Numbered from the stretch's first letter, positions 50,676 to 64,000 are shown. The stretch is 64,000 bases of DNA from Rhina ancylostomus (GCA_030265395.1 JARFYF010000017.1:47923475-47987474); one strand, 5' to 3'. The notes: a model not told the origin generated them from the sequence alone. Program-made: numbers and translations.

Positions 50676-52794
50676 CTGCAACAATAATTTTTTTTTGGAA
50701 AAGTGGTCAGAATAATTCAAGATAGCATAGTTGTATCCAAGTGATAAACATTCATAACTAATGGGTTCTATTGTGTGTGAAATATTTAAGTTATTTGGCT
50801 AAGATATAAGACTGGATGAACGGCACTACACAAACTAAACTCAGCAAACCTCCATTCTGTACTGTTAACTTACAATATCGCAAAGACCAACATGGCTCCC
50901 TTTGAGATCTTTATTAAACAATAAAGAGTTATCCAGCATCTACTTGACAAAAAGCAAAGCAACTTATCAGTTCTGCAGCCACTGCATGGAAATGGAATTC
51001 CTTTACCATCTTTAGTTTTGAATTAGATTCTTGTACAATCAATTCTGACTGACACGATAACATAACAGTAAATTGTAATCCAACTCTGAAATTTACAGTA
51101 TGCACTAAATATCACTGTAGAAGCTGGCAAAGATACTTCAGATTTCATGATTGTAAATTTTGCTTGCATAAGGTTCTCACATGATCTGTCAGTTATTTTG
51201 GGTGAGAAAGGAGGAAAGAAACCACTGCATCGAAAGGAGTATACTTTTAAGGGGATGCTGCACGGTTTCATCTGAACTAGATTTTGAAAGTTTAAATTGT
51301 GAGAACAGGTTGCATGAACTCAATTAACATTGCTGAACTGGCATGGTTAAGATTACAGGATCCAGCTTGGTAGATAGAGAAAATATCTCCTCTGGTGGAT
51401 GAATCCAAACAAGGCAGCATAATAATATAATTAGCATGAGACTAAGTCACAGATTTTATTGAAATTAAGTTTATAATTCCAAAGCTGGCCCACTTACAAT
51501 AGTTTCTTANNNNNNNNNNNNNNNNNNNNNNNNNNNNNNNNNNNNNNNNNNNNNNNNNNNNNNNNNNNNNNNNNNNNNNNNNNNNNNCAAAGGTGACACT
51601 TGACTCTTGATAAAAAAAAAATTTTTGCTGCATCTATTAGTTGGCTGTGCTCAGTGGTCCACAATTCCACACCCATCATGTCTTCCTTCATCACCCCAGG
51701 TTGTTATTATAGAGTAAAGATAGGAAATATCTAGGGGTCTCCATAAAAGGAACATTATATTTTCTATGGACCTTATACCATGTTGAAGTTGCTATATGAA
51801 TGAAGTTGCTTATACGAGGAAGAGATATTAAGCAGGAACACTATCTGAAGAAATTTGGCTCACACCTGTCATTATTCTGGATCCCTTGTTAAAGAATCAC
51901 AAACCTAATTTGGACCGTCAAGAGACACACTTTTCATGTCTGCCAGAACAGGGCACCACTTTCCAACAGAAGACAATCATCATAATATGAAGCCTTCATG
52001 GTACAATATTCTTCAATCCACTACAGGGTACTTCTATCACAACATCCAACATGGCATGGACATAATGTTTACAAGTGGTAATGTTGATTTTTCTAGTAAC
52101 AATTTCTTTCAATATAAAACAGAGAGACGGGTTGAGCCAAAAAAAACTAAAAACAGAAAATTAAACAAGATTGAAGTTAGGAAGATAAAAACAATATAAA
52201 ATACACAATGGGAAAATGACAAAACGCAGAGTCAAGTCCAAGTTATTTATCCCCTAGCAGTTAAAACAATGTTAGAGATTAGAATCAAAATGTATTCCTA
52301 GAGATGCTTTGCCTTCTCATACAAAGGTTCACTTGGAGGTAACTGTACTGAAAAGTCCTGCATGTATAAACAACGTCCAGTTATTAGCAGCCAACAAAAT
52401 TTTTATTCTTCTTTCAATTTTACTTTCTGAAAAAGCACAATGTAACTTTCACAAAGTGGTCTTGCTCCATCCAACGATGCTGGCACTGGAACTGAAATTC
52501 AAACTTTGCCAGATAGGAGGGCAAAAATCGATGAGGGTAATGGTTTCTTACTTTTCAGGATTATATAAACTTGTTTACCATTCAAACTTGATTTAAAGTG
52601 AGAGGAACCAACAAATAACAAAACTATAAAAATCAAAATAAATCAAAACTATAGCCAAGAAAATTCAAAATTCTTTTGATTCTTATTTGTTTTAAAAGAA
52701 AAAAAATAAAATTTCTTATCTATCTGCAAACATAAAATCAAAGCAGTCAGATGGAGAAAACATCTAAAAATTCTGGGAAAAATCAAGCAAGGGA

Positions 52795-53385
52795 AAAACA
52801 AACTTGCACTTAACAAAAAAAAAGTAGACTGTCTTTAACATCCTCAGGATATCCCAAAGCACTTTACAGTCAACACAAAGACAATTGGACCTCAGTTATG
52901 TGCATAGCAAGGTAAGCAACAAGAAAACCTTTGATGTTGCCTGTTGAAGGACAAATGAACATCATGGGACAGTTGGCATCTTCCATAAAAGCTTCTACTC
53001 GACCGTGATAAGACCATTGAATGGTTCCCTTATACAATGAGATGGACTATGATGTCACGATCTACCTTGTGACCTGTACTTTCTATGTGGCTGTGACACT
53101 TTACCCTGTACTGTTATTGTACTACATCAATGCACTCTGTACCAACTCAATGTAACTGCACTGTGTAATGAATTGACCTGTGTGATCAGTACGAAAGACA
53201 AGGTTTTCACTGTACCTCGGTACAAGTGACAATAATAAACCAATACCAACAGTTTGTGATTTAATTGTCTTGTGTGAAACATTGCATTTCTGGAAATGTA
53301 CTAGTGAAGACTCATGTTCACATCTCTGAAACAGGGCTTGAACTCGTGACTTTCTGCCAAAGAGTGCAACCAACAAGTCAACTGA
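52795..53385 (-). mobile_element. Deu-domain SINE interrupted by a LINE tail
   Basis: tcctcaggatatcccaaagcactttacag...gtgcatagcaagg...tgatgttg; resumes tcatgttcacatctctgaaacagggcttgaactcgtgactttctg. Confidence 0.55.
52975..53248 (+). mobile_element. Rex1/Babar-like LINE 3' end
   Basis: 3' terminus ttttcactgtacctcggtacaagtgacaataataaaccaatacc; flanked by acagtt on both sides. Confidence 0.65.
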
Positions 53386-55605
53386 AAAGGAGAACTTAAT
53401 AAAATTTGTGGCCTACTTCATTTTCATCCATTTTTCTTAAAACTCTGATTTCTTGCTGGGAGTTTACATACAGAAACTCCCCAAAATATTTCCTTGCAGC
53501 ACTGAACAAAAACAGCATTAGCAAGCCTTTTACATGCTGAGTCAAAGCCAAACATAAGATATTTTAACAAAGATACCATCCATTTTTGCACTTCAATGGG
53601 GCCTTCAGGAGTCACTGGACAGAGATCAAGAATGGGAATTCATGATAATTTTCCACTCTCCGACCTGGAACATTAGTGTCCCTCTACCACGCCAGCTTAG
53701 AAGACCGACACGTTTGAACAACAAAGCCAAATAGTTCAAGGAATACATCAAGTTAGCAAATCTATGTGTAACAGCTAGCATCAGATCCATTATGTAAAAT
53801 TGGACATACAAAATCTGCAAGTTATCACTGCAGTTCCATCAATTTTCTGACTATTATATTTCACTTTCCAAACCTCACACTTTANNNNNNNNNNNNNNNN
53901 NNNNNNNNNNNNNNNNNNNNNNNNNNNNNNNNNNNNNNNNNNNNNNNNNNNNNNNNNNNNNNNNNNNNNNNNNNNNNNNNNNNNCACACTTTAATAAAAT
54001 TACCATCTGATTTACTTAGATTGTACTTACAGGAACAGGTATGCAAATATTTTCAATTAAAAAGATGCCAGTAGTGGTATAGACCTTGACTGCTATGTGC
54101 TATCAAATAAAAATATTATGTTCCTTATAAGCAAATAGAATTTCCAGGAGGCAAAAATGTTGCTATACAATGTGAAACCCTCTCAATCACCCTAGCATGG
54201 GTTGTGCTGCAAGTTAGAAAACTTGTAGAAACAAGTTTCTACATTTTCCCTGCCATCAGATCCAAGCTTAAGTTAAACTGTTGAAAATATTCCCTAATAA
54301 CCCTCATAAATGCAGAGAGTTTGAAAAGATTCAATCCAAATTTCAATGGATCAGTGCAATAAACAATGTTCATTTGAAAGTAACTGATGTTGGGGTATAG
54401 TATATTCGCTGTTTTAAAAACTGAGATCCAAGAATCTGTTGAAACAGTGAAGAAAATGCTTCCTGTATCCTACAACAAATGCAAGAAAGAATGAAGTGAT
54501 GCAAAGAAGTCACAAAAGGTCATAGACTGGATCAACAACTGGGCAAGATGAGAATTGAATGCAGAAGTGTAAAATTATCTACTTGTAAGGGAAGAATACA
54601 ACAGTAGGATATTTGATTTAAAAGGCCAAGGCACCATTATATGCATTGGAAGTTGGAGACCTTTGTACACAAATAAAACTTAAAAGTCTCAAGAAGAAAT
54701 TAAAAAGGAATAAGGATTATGCTAGTCCTTATTGTAAGTACTCAAACTATGTCATGTTTAAACTTGGAAAAAATTAGGAGTGGTACTGTTGATCCTTCGC
54801 TTAAATTTGAAGACATTNNNNNNNNNNNNNNNNNNNNNNNNNNNNNNNNNNNNNNNNNNNNNNNNNNNNNNNNNNNNNNNNNNNNNNNNNNNNNNNNNNN
54901 NNNNNNNNNNNNNNNNNNNNNNNNNNNNNNNNNNNNNNNNNNNNNNNNNNNNNNNNNNNNNNNNNNNNNNNNNNNNNNNNNNNNNNNNNNNNNNNNNNNN
55001 NNNNNNNNNNNNNNNNNNNNNNNNNNNNNNNNNNNNNNNNNNNNNNNNNNNNNNNNNNNNNNNNNNNNNNNNNNNNNNNNNNNNNNNNNNNNNNNNNNNN
55101 NNNNNNNNNNNNNNNNNNNNNNNNNNNNNNNNNNNNNNNNNNNNNNNNNNNNNNNNNNNNNNNNNNNNNNNNNNNNNNNNNNNNNNNNNNNNNNNNNNNN
55201 NNNNNNNNNNNNNNNNNNNNNNNNNNNNNNNNNNNNNNNNNNNNNNNNNNNNNNNNNNNNNNNNNNNNNNNNNNNNNNNNNNNNNNNNNNNNNNNNNNNN
55301 NNNNNNNNNNNNNNNNNNNNNNNNNNNNNNNNNNNNNNNNNNNNNNNNNNNNNNNNNNNNNNNNNNNNNNNNNNNNNNNNNNNNNNNNNNNNNNNNNNNN
55401 NNNNNNNNNNNNNNNNNNNNNNNNNNNNNNNNNNNNNNNNNNNNNNNNNNNNNNNNNNNNNNNNNNNNNNNNNNNNNNNNNNNNNNNNNNNNNNNNNNNN
55501 NNNNNNNNNNNNNNNNNNNNNNNNNNNNNNNNNNNNNNNNNNNNNNNNNNNNNNNNNNNNNNNNNNNNNNNNNNNNNNNNNNNNNNNNNNNNNNNNNNNN
55601 NNNNN

Positions 55606-55671
55606 AAAATGTCGGCACAACATTGTGGGCCAAAGGGCCTGTACTGTGCTGTAATGTTCTATGTTCTATGT
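55606..55671 (+). mobile_element. CR1-like LINE 3' tail abutting a 788-N gap
   Basis: gtcggcacaacattgtgggccaaagggcctgtactgtgctgtaatgttctatgttctatgt with a (GTTCTAT)n terminus. Confidence 0.75.
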
Positions 55672-56159
55672 ACTTTCCTTAGAGGAAATGCAATAAAGGT
55701 TTACTAGATTAATTGCTGGATTGAACTGGCTATCCTTTCAGATATGATTGTATGGAACAGGCCCACATCAACTGGAGTTTTGAAGACCAAACATTTAAAA
55801 TTCAATGGACGGTAGTTCAGAAGCCACTATTTCTGTTCTAGGAGTCAAGAACTAAGGCATCAGTCTCAGAATTGCACATTTAGGTCTGAGATAAGGAAAA
55901 ATTTGCTTAACTTAAAAATAGTTGTGAATTATTTGAACTTCCTAACCCACAGGACATATGCATGTCCAAGACTGAGTACAAAATATTGATAAGACATTAA
56001 AGGACCCAAGAGTTGTAAGGATAAGGCGGGAAAGTAGAATTGTTTTAGAAGATCTACCTTTATTTTAGGCTTTGTCAGAGCAACTCTAGAAGCTGCTTAC
56101 AGTTTTGACAGTACTACCAGGACTTAAAAGAAAACCATGAACAAATCCATATCAAACAA

Positions 56160-56410
56160 TTATTGGTTGCCCCAAAGCACTTCACAGCCACTGCAATATT
56201 TTTGAAATTCACTTTTGAAGTATGTGAAACACAGGAATCAACTTGCACAAGGCAAGCTCCTAGACACAGTCATATGTAATTATAATCTGCCTAATTTGTG
56301 TTTCTTGGAGGTGGTGGGGGGGGGGGGGGTAGCAGGATTGAGAAACAATACGTTTTTAGCCAAGCTTTAGCCAAGACATAATGGGTAACACCCTATTCAA
56401 AATAACCCCA
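56160..56410 (-). mobile_element. Deu-domain SINE fragment with an internal poly-G run (about 56316-56329)
   Basis: cccaaagcacttcacagcca...gaaacacaggaatcaacttgcacaaggcaagctcc. Confidence 0.55.
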
Positions 56411-56559
56411 AACAAAAATAAATGGGTACAATCTAATAGCATTAAGGAGATCTAATAGCCATTACCAGTGCAGATTTAACTGTGAATAACCAAAGGGTTA
56501 GGAATTAGAAATAAGCTTAGAGATGGGCAATTTGGAAGAGAAGTAGAGCCCTTATAAAG

Positions 56560-58900
56560 GATGGGATGATGCTAAAAGCGAGTAAGGACCTTGATTTTTC
56601 CAACTAAGCAAGATCAGTTTGAGTGGAGCTATGAAAACAACAAGAGCTGAAAGTCTTGCTGGAAGTTGTACAACCCCACACAATAGTGGCAATGCAAGGC
56701 ATAGTATATGTCAATAATTTATAGCTGCATGTACAATGGTTCTGGGAGACTATAACCAATATATTGACTGGATAAACCAAATTAGCAGTAATGATGAATT
56801 TATGGATGGCATACAAGATAGTTATCTAGATTAATATGTTGAGGAACCAAATTTTAGAACCAGTATAGTGCTATTATAAAGGATTACTAAATATTCATGT
56901 AATTTTGCAGCCCTTAAAAAGGCACAGCAATCAACGACCAATGGATAAATAATTCACACAACAGGAAAGGCAGTCCAACCAAAGCTAACAAGTTTAAAGA
57001 TCATATTAGATTAAAGGAAAGGGATTTTATTATCAAAAAGAGCAGTAGGCTGAGGATTCAGAACATTTCAGATTTCAGCAAAGGAGGACATGGGAATTAA
57101 AACACAGAAGTAATCAATGAGAAGTAAAAACAGATTGTAAAAGCTCTTATAGATAAGCGAAAAGGAAAAGATGAGCAAAAGTTAATGTGGGTCCCTTATT
57201 ACCTCAGACAAAGGGAAATTATATTGGGGAATAAGGAACTGGCAGAGAAATTAAAATACCCTGACCATCTTCCCAAAAGGCACAGAAAACCTCCTGCACA
57301 GTACAGAATAGGTCTGGTGTGAAAAAGCTGAAAGAAACATGCATTAGTAAAAAAAAAATTGTACTGGAGAAAAAAAATGGGACCAATCATTGATAAATCC
57401 CTAGGACCTGATAAATCATGTTGCAAGAATTTGAAAGTGCTAGCCATAGCCACAATTAGATGCACAGTTTCTAAAATTCCATTGATTCTAAACATCTTCC
57501 AGACTGAAAGATAATAAGTATAACCCCACTATTTAATAAGAGAGAAAAATACCTGGAAATTACAGACAAGTTGCCTGACATTAATAAATTTTAAGCATTT
57601 TCCATATCAAAGTTAGCACTTAGAAATTGGGTTTGAGCATAGTCAACGTGGATTTATGAAAGGGAAACCATGTTTGACAAAGTTGATGAATGACCTTTGA
57701 GGTTGTGACTGATAGAATAATTAAGAACCAATGACTATGACATTTGGATTCTCAGAATACCTTCATAAAGATCCTTATAATCCAATAGGTTATTAACAAA
57801 ACTAGAGTACACAAGTTTGGGGGTAATACACTGGGGTGGACCAAGGGTTGGTCAATGGAAAGGAATAACGAGATGATTTTTCAGGTTAGGTGGCTGTGGA
57901 AAATGGGATGTCCTGCAGCCCCCGCTGTTCACAAGCTGGATGGCAGTGCAAATTGTGGGGAGGATGCAGAAAAGCTTCAGGGGGATATGGATAGGCAAAG
58001 TGAATGGCCAGGACACAACAGATGGAAAACACCATGAGGAAAAATGCAAGAACACTCACAATAGAAAAATGGCATTTCTTTTAAATGGTGAGGAGCATTA
58101 GTGTTGAGCAGGACCTGGGTGTCCTTGTACATAAATCACAGAGTTATTCTATAGGTACAGCAAGCACTTAGGAAAGCAATCTTTATATTGATCTTCATTG
58201 CAAGGGAATTTGTGTATAAGACTAAAGACATTTTATTACTATTACATAGGAACCTGATGAGTCCATACTTAGAATGGTACAGACAAGTCAGAGTAATACA
58301 GGACAGAAACAGACCCTTGGGTCCAACTTATCTATGCTGACCAAGGTGCCCACCTCAGCTTTGCCTGCATATGGCCAATATCTGTCTAAACCTTTCCTAT
58401 CAATCTTGTCTTAAGAAAGGATACATTTGCAACAAGTGCAGTGCAATCTTCAAGATTATTTCCAGGAATGGGGGTACTTTCCACTGGGGGAAAAGATTAC
58501 ACAGATTCAATCTATAACCTTCAAATTAAGAGAGGCAATATTACCAAAATATAAAAAATACCTGCAAGGATTGACAGGGTAGATGTGAGGATGATGTATT
58601 CCTATAGCTGGAGGATTTAGAACCAGCATTCAGACTCAAAATAATGAGCTAGCCATTCAGGAATGAAATGAGAAAGTATTTCTTTACCCGGGAAGTGAAT
58701 CTTTAGACACCTATACTAAAGGGAACTATGGAGGCTCAGATGGAGAGTACATTTAAGACAAAACTACATTTGTATATTAAGGGAAATCGGGAGATATGGG
58801 ATAAATACAAGAGAGTGATACTTAGCTGAAAGACCAGACCCATGACCCCACAGGATGACACAACAGATACAAAGGGCCAAACAGCCTGCGCCTGGTCTTT
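56560..58900 (+). mobile_element. Long decayed CR1-like LINE (EN-RT remnants through to the 3' tail)
   Basis: agtcaacgtggatttatgaaagggaaaccatgtttgacaaa (SQRGFMKGKPCLT); ORF 57855 EDAEKLQGDMDRQSEW; a short antisense CR1 tail is nested at about 58285-58402. Confidence 0.75.
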
Positions 58901-58971
58901 TTAAAATTATATTCCTTGCTCCTCTTCAAAATACATCCACTTGAAAAAATTCAAAAATTAGATTTCAATAC

Positions 58972-59079
58972 CTGATGGAAATCTTTGCCGCTACTTTTAC
59001 CATCGCCACTGAAATCCACATGCGAGAATAGACAGCGTAATAAATGTCTGTCTGCCTCGGGGCCGTGTCTGTTCACAAT
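58972..59079 (-). CDS. CNOT1: CNOT1 exon 3-equivalent ([36 protein letters not shown])
   Basis: 108 bp; acceptor ttgcag|ATT; donor CAG|gtattg; phase 0-0. Confidence 0.96.
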
Positions 59080-62000
59080 CTGCAAGTGAAGAGCACAGTA
59101 ATTTAAGTATTAAGAGATTAGGAACAGTGTATACACTTAATATGCATTTTTCATGAACAGTTCTTTACACACTTATAATGACTTTCCTCAGAGAGTATAT
59201 GCACTGGAATTTATGATGAATTTCTAAACAGACCAGGAAATAACTCAGTCTATGCACCTCCACAACATTAATGGGACTGAAAATCCACAGGTTTGGATCA
59301 AGAATGGAAATACCTGCAAAGGAAAGCAAACTCCACTGTATTACCACTCTGTCCAAAGCCTAATATTAAGCTAGGCTTACAAATCAAGACCCAAAAACAA
59401 GACAAAGGCAGAGCAACACCAATAGAAAGGTAATGAGGATGCAAACTATTGGGTACAAAATTCTGATTACAAGCATCAAATCGGAAACTACGTGTTAAAT
59501 TTGTAAACTTTTCCCAGAAGACACAAAGTCAATTCATAACACCAACCAGAACTAAAGAGATTCCAAAAACTTCAGAAAATATAATTCTACAGATTTACTA
59601 AACAATGAATTCTTTAAAAAGATCTCAATCTAATGTCTTTTCAAATGTACTGATGCAAGAAATACCCCTGTATCAGGGCTCCTAATTAATCAACTCAGCA
59701 GCACATGGCAGTTACCTTCTGTATTGGGCTGTCACTTTAACTGTACTTCAAAAGATATGTTAATTTCCTTATATTAACATATCTTCTCATAACATGAACT
59801 GCTTCTCCAATGAACAGAGATCAACAAGTAGCATTCAAGAAGAATGAATGTGCAAATATTTTATGAGCCAATTAAAAGCCACTTCTACACTGCATTTGAA
59901 TCAGTAATGTCATCAATGCAAGCAGACATCTTTCTTCTGGCCTGCACTGAAGGCCCATTTTTCTCAGTGTTCTTGGTTCCCATAAGTCTTATAGATGGTG
60001 CAGATGTGATGCCAGCAGCTCTTCACGCACTGATGGTACTAAGATTTTCTTCCAGCTTTTAAGTGGGACTATAACATTACAATACTGCTTCTCTATACAT
60101 GCACCTCAAATAGAATGTCATGGACCATTCTATGCATGCATCTAGCTTAGAGAAAGCAGATTGGGGGAACAAAAATATAGAACAATTGGTGAAGCAAGGC
60201 ACAAGCTGCAATACACCATACAGAAGCCAGCAACTCCTACTGCATAGTCAACCAATAAGCACCAATTCTATCATGGAAATATTCTCCTCTTGTACTGAAA
60301 GATAGAATCAAAGTCAATCACCAACTAAAACTAATCAGCATCACGCTCTTACCCCAAAGCACACCATTTTAATTCCCTCCTTCCTACTTCTCTTCTATCC
60401 CCTACAGTAACACAAATTCTCTTCAAAGAAATATCCAATTTCAGGTTTAAAAATGCACGTTCAAGTATATACTGAACACTACATCTAGACACATGTACTG
60501 AGCAAATAAATGCATGGTACTAATCGCACGCATAGCACTAATTTCCCATTGCATCCAAATTCAGTTTACATAAAATAGGACATTATTTTTTACTTGTCTC
60601 CTGCTGTGCAGGATGAACAGGCAAGTAAAGTCAGAGGAAAATTGTTGATTCTCTTTTTAAGTTACACCTTCCCCATGTCTTTTAACACACTATCATACAA
60701 GCGCTAAGGCTCGGCTTGGCTGGTGGCGAGAATGGCCTGCTCTTGCATCCTCCTTGCAGTCCGTCACAGCACCATTCCACACAGTTATCAAAATAGCTGT
60801 GTTGGTGACAAGATCATGCTCCCATTACTGGAATACATGTCCACTTTTATCTGGTCATATATACAGCACTCTGTGATTAGACTCATCTCAAACAGCAGCA
60901 TAATACAGGTCTTNNNNNNNNNNAGGAATATAACACTGAGACCAATTATTGCTGGAACATCAGGTCAGTGACACATGCCTTCTGATTTGCCCAGAACTCA
61001 CTGGCCTTAGAGTGCAACAAGCTGCCCATGAGCAAATGTTGCAGACTGTCACATTCTGCAGTCCAGGACAACCTGCTGGGAAAGTTATTGAAACTTGCTC
61101 TCGTTACATAGGACATACACCATTGAAGCAGGATATTTGGCCCAACTAATCCCTGTGCTCTACTCAAGCCTCCTCATATATTTCATCTAAATCTATGAGC
61201 TTAATCCTTCTCCATCACACGCTTGTCCAGCTTCACCCTAAATGCAACTATATCATTTACTTTAATTGCCTCTTGGCAGCAGATTCCATGGCACCCCCTC
61301 TCCCCCACTGGGTATTTCTTCTGATTTCACCATTGAATTTTTTGGTGACTATAGCCTTTAGCCATGCCCATTCCTACTGAATTCAGTGTACTTCACTTTA
61401 GGGGAGAAGATGCATCATCCCATCCAAGTTGTTATTATAGTGATTATCAACTGGAAAACAACACTCATAAGGGGACAGTAAGTTCACCAATCCTTCAGTT
61501 AACCATTCATATAGGAGCAACAATGAAAACAAAAAAATATGATAGAAAAGTCCTTAGAAACTTAGCAAAAATCATGAAATCATACCAATACCAAACTGCA
61601 GTCAAATTGCAGCAGTAATGCCAGTTTGACTCTTAAGACTACAACTTTAAAGTTCAAACCTAATATGTAATTTTCAATGACTGGGCAGATTGCCAAATGA
61701 GAAGGAATGAAAAACACTGGAACTTCTAAGCTACTTCCATTATAACAAAACAGAGAAATCCAGAAAGGAGGAATAAAAGTCCAGAATAGATGGAAGGAGA
61801 ACTATAATCCAAAACTGTACTGAAATAGAGGAATAAATGTTTTAAAAAAACAGATGTATTTTACTGTACAAGTACCTGGAATTTGCTGCAGAAAATTCAC
61901 TTTTCTACCATGCAAGAAAATAAGAACTCAAGAATTAGTAGGAGTGGACTATTCAGCCCCTTATACCTGCTCCTCCATTTAACAAGATCATAGGTGTTCT

Positions 62001-63059
62001 TTTACCACTGACACTTGACTTGCAGTAATCCCAGTTCCCTTAACATGTGTAACTTCTGCCTGGAGTATACTCATTGACCGATGCGCCACAGACCACTTGG
62101 GTAGAGAATTTCAAAGATTCACTATCTAATTTCATTTCATCCCAGCTTTGAAGAATTTACCCTTTACTTTAAGAAGGTGGCCTTTCTTCTAGGTACTCCA
62201 GCCAGCAGAAACTTATACACTGTCAACTATGTAGGAATTCTGTTCATTTCATTTTTAAATATACACCAAAAGATGTAGAGAAAATAATTCACCTAGTAAC
62301 CCAATGAAGGAAAAGGTAAGATCTTTCATTTATACTATGATTTTAACATAAGAATACATTAATGATCTAGATTTTGCTGAGAATCATTTAAAATGATTTG
62401 CCAAGGACAGACTGATGGCCCCATAGCACCTCAGTGATTATGTTGGAGCCAATTTTGTGCACCAATTCACTGGTGGCAGATTCCTCTGGGTTAAACTCCA
62501 TCTAGCAGATAAAGGACAGAATGGCAAGTTTACCACTGAGGAAATTATAAGCTAACATTTATGAATGGAATACACACCAGCTTGGTTAAAAGAGATAGGA
62601 GACAAAGGCAGGTGAGTTCATTGAATCACCATTTTGAAACTGCAAAGTGCAAGAGAGTAAAACTTAATTTTTATTAGCTTTCTCCCCCCCAATTAGTCTC
62701 CTGAGGTATCCAAGAAAATAAAAAATCATTTTAAATAGGCTTATTTATNNNNNNNNNNNNNNNNNNNNNNNNNNNNNNNNNNNNNNNNNNNNNNNNNNNN
62801 NNNNNNNNNNNNNNNNNNNNNNNNNNNNNNNNNNNNNNNNNNNNNNNNTTTAAATAGGCTTATTTATGTACCTGCTCTGCGAAAATTAAACTTGAGAGCA
62901 TGTCCTAAATAGTTTTGATACTCAAAGATCTCTGAAACATTTGAGAGTAATCTAACAATCCTAAGTGAATACAATTAATGAACTGAAAGCCATGAAGACT
63001 TGTATGACCAAAGTACAGACTTAAAGAAGATATGGACTACATAAGTAGACAAAAACCCC

Positions 63060-64000
63060 ATCATCCAGTTGCCAAGGTACATAGGTAGGAAGTAAGTAAC
63101 CCTTCGAATTGTCAGCATTGACTTCAGACCCACTTACTCACCAATAATTTGTTTACTGATGCCCAGCATGGGTTTCACTAAGATCACTCAGCCCCAGATG
63201 TCACAGAACTGGTGCATACATGGATTAGTTAGCCGAATTTCAGAAGTGTGACAGCCCGACATCAAGAGAGCATTTGACCAAATGTGGCAGTTCTGGTAAA
63301 ATTGAAGTTAATGGGCATCAAGAAACATTCCAATAGTTGGAGTAACACCCAGCACAGGAAGATGGCTCTGGCTGCAGAAAGTCAAATCACCCCAGCCCCA
63401 AGGCATCCCTGCAAGAATTCCTCAGGGCAATACCCTAGGCCCAACCATCTTCAACTGCTTCCTCTTTTCTTCCATCATAAGGTCACAAGTGGGGGGAAAT
63501 CTGCTAATGATTGAACAATGTTCAACTCCATGTGCAACTCCTCAGTAAATGAAACAGCCCATTCCTATATATAGCTAGAACGTTCAGTCACAGGCTGAGA
63601 AGAGACAAGAAACATTTGCACTACACACGTTAGGCAATGATCTCCATCTATGAAGTGTCTAACCAGTTACATGACATTCAATAACACTATTGTCAACACC
63701 TCCCTCACCATCAATATGCTGGGGTCACCACTGACCAGAAACTCAAGTACCTTGACTACAAGAACAGGTCCAAGGCTCAGTATCCTGAGCAATTGACTCA
63801 TCTCCTGACACCTCAAAGTCTTTCTACTGTCTATAAGCCATAGATCATGAGTGTAATGGAACACTGTCCAACTTCTTGGATGAGCGCAACTCCAATAATT
63901 GTCATGACACTCAATATCAGGTTAAAGAAGTCCACTTGATTGGTACATTGACCAAACATTTACCCCTCCTCCACCGACACACAGCAACTTGGATGTGTAC
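63060..64000 (+). mobile_element. Chondrichthyan CR1/L2-clade LINE RT fragment, running off the window end
   Basis: gacatcaagagagcatttgaccaaatgtggc (DIKRAFDQMW); ttcctcagggcaataccctaggcccaaccatcttcaactgc (PQG..LGPTIFNC). Confidence 0.75.

Larger units (their letters stand above)
1131..59079 (-). other. CNOT1: CNOT1 gene, partial (coding exons equivalent to human exons 3-20; the gene extends beyond both window ends)
   Basis: 18 exons splice in frame via GT-AG into about 833 codons that closely match the human CNOT1 N-terminal HEAT region, linker and start of the next HEAT domain, as recalled. Exon sizes are 108, 99, 69, 55, 204, 169, 127, 111, 171, 128, 241, 120, 123, 152, 151, 202, 144 and 125 bp. 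Confidence 0.98.

Noticed and set aside
54719-55682. ORFs of about 300 aa in the ORF track (also 44286..44669)
   Set aside because: They are made almost entirely of X residues from N-gaps.
1131-59079. U12-type or non-canonical introns
   Set aside because: All donors are U2-type GT (none GTATCCT or ATATCCT) and all acceptors are AG.
59080-64000. CNOT1 start-codon exon (MNLDSLSLALSQ) or promoter CpG island
   Set aside because: Not found; the region is AT-rich and repeat-filled, so these lie beyond the window.

Overview
This window is vertebrate genomic DNA, most likely from a cartilaginous fish and probably a ray, judging by its repeat families. It is a draft assembly with 14 N-gaps. The whole window lies inside CNOT1 (CCR4-NOT scaffold subunit 1) on the minus strand. 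I traced 18 consecutive coding exons, equivalent to human exons 3-20 (about residues 35-868), all with GT-AG boundaries and matching phases. The start-codon exon and exon 21 onward lie outside the window. Introns are filled with decayed CR1/L2-type LINEs, V-SINE and Deu-domain SINEs, Penelope-like fold-back fragments, a Rex/Babar-like LINE tail and a probable Tigger-like MITE. I found no convincing undescribed biological system. The best leads concern splicing of the disordered linker exons 17-19: a 15-nt tandem donor at exon 19 that matches the SKMKPS/T isoform switch I recall from human, a possible +9-nt donor at exon 17, a hairpin behind the weak exon 18 donor, and a possible poison exon. 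A false 100-N gap splits exon 18. Human comparisons and repeat-family names come from memory and need checking by alignment.
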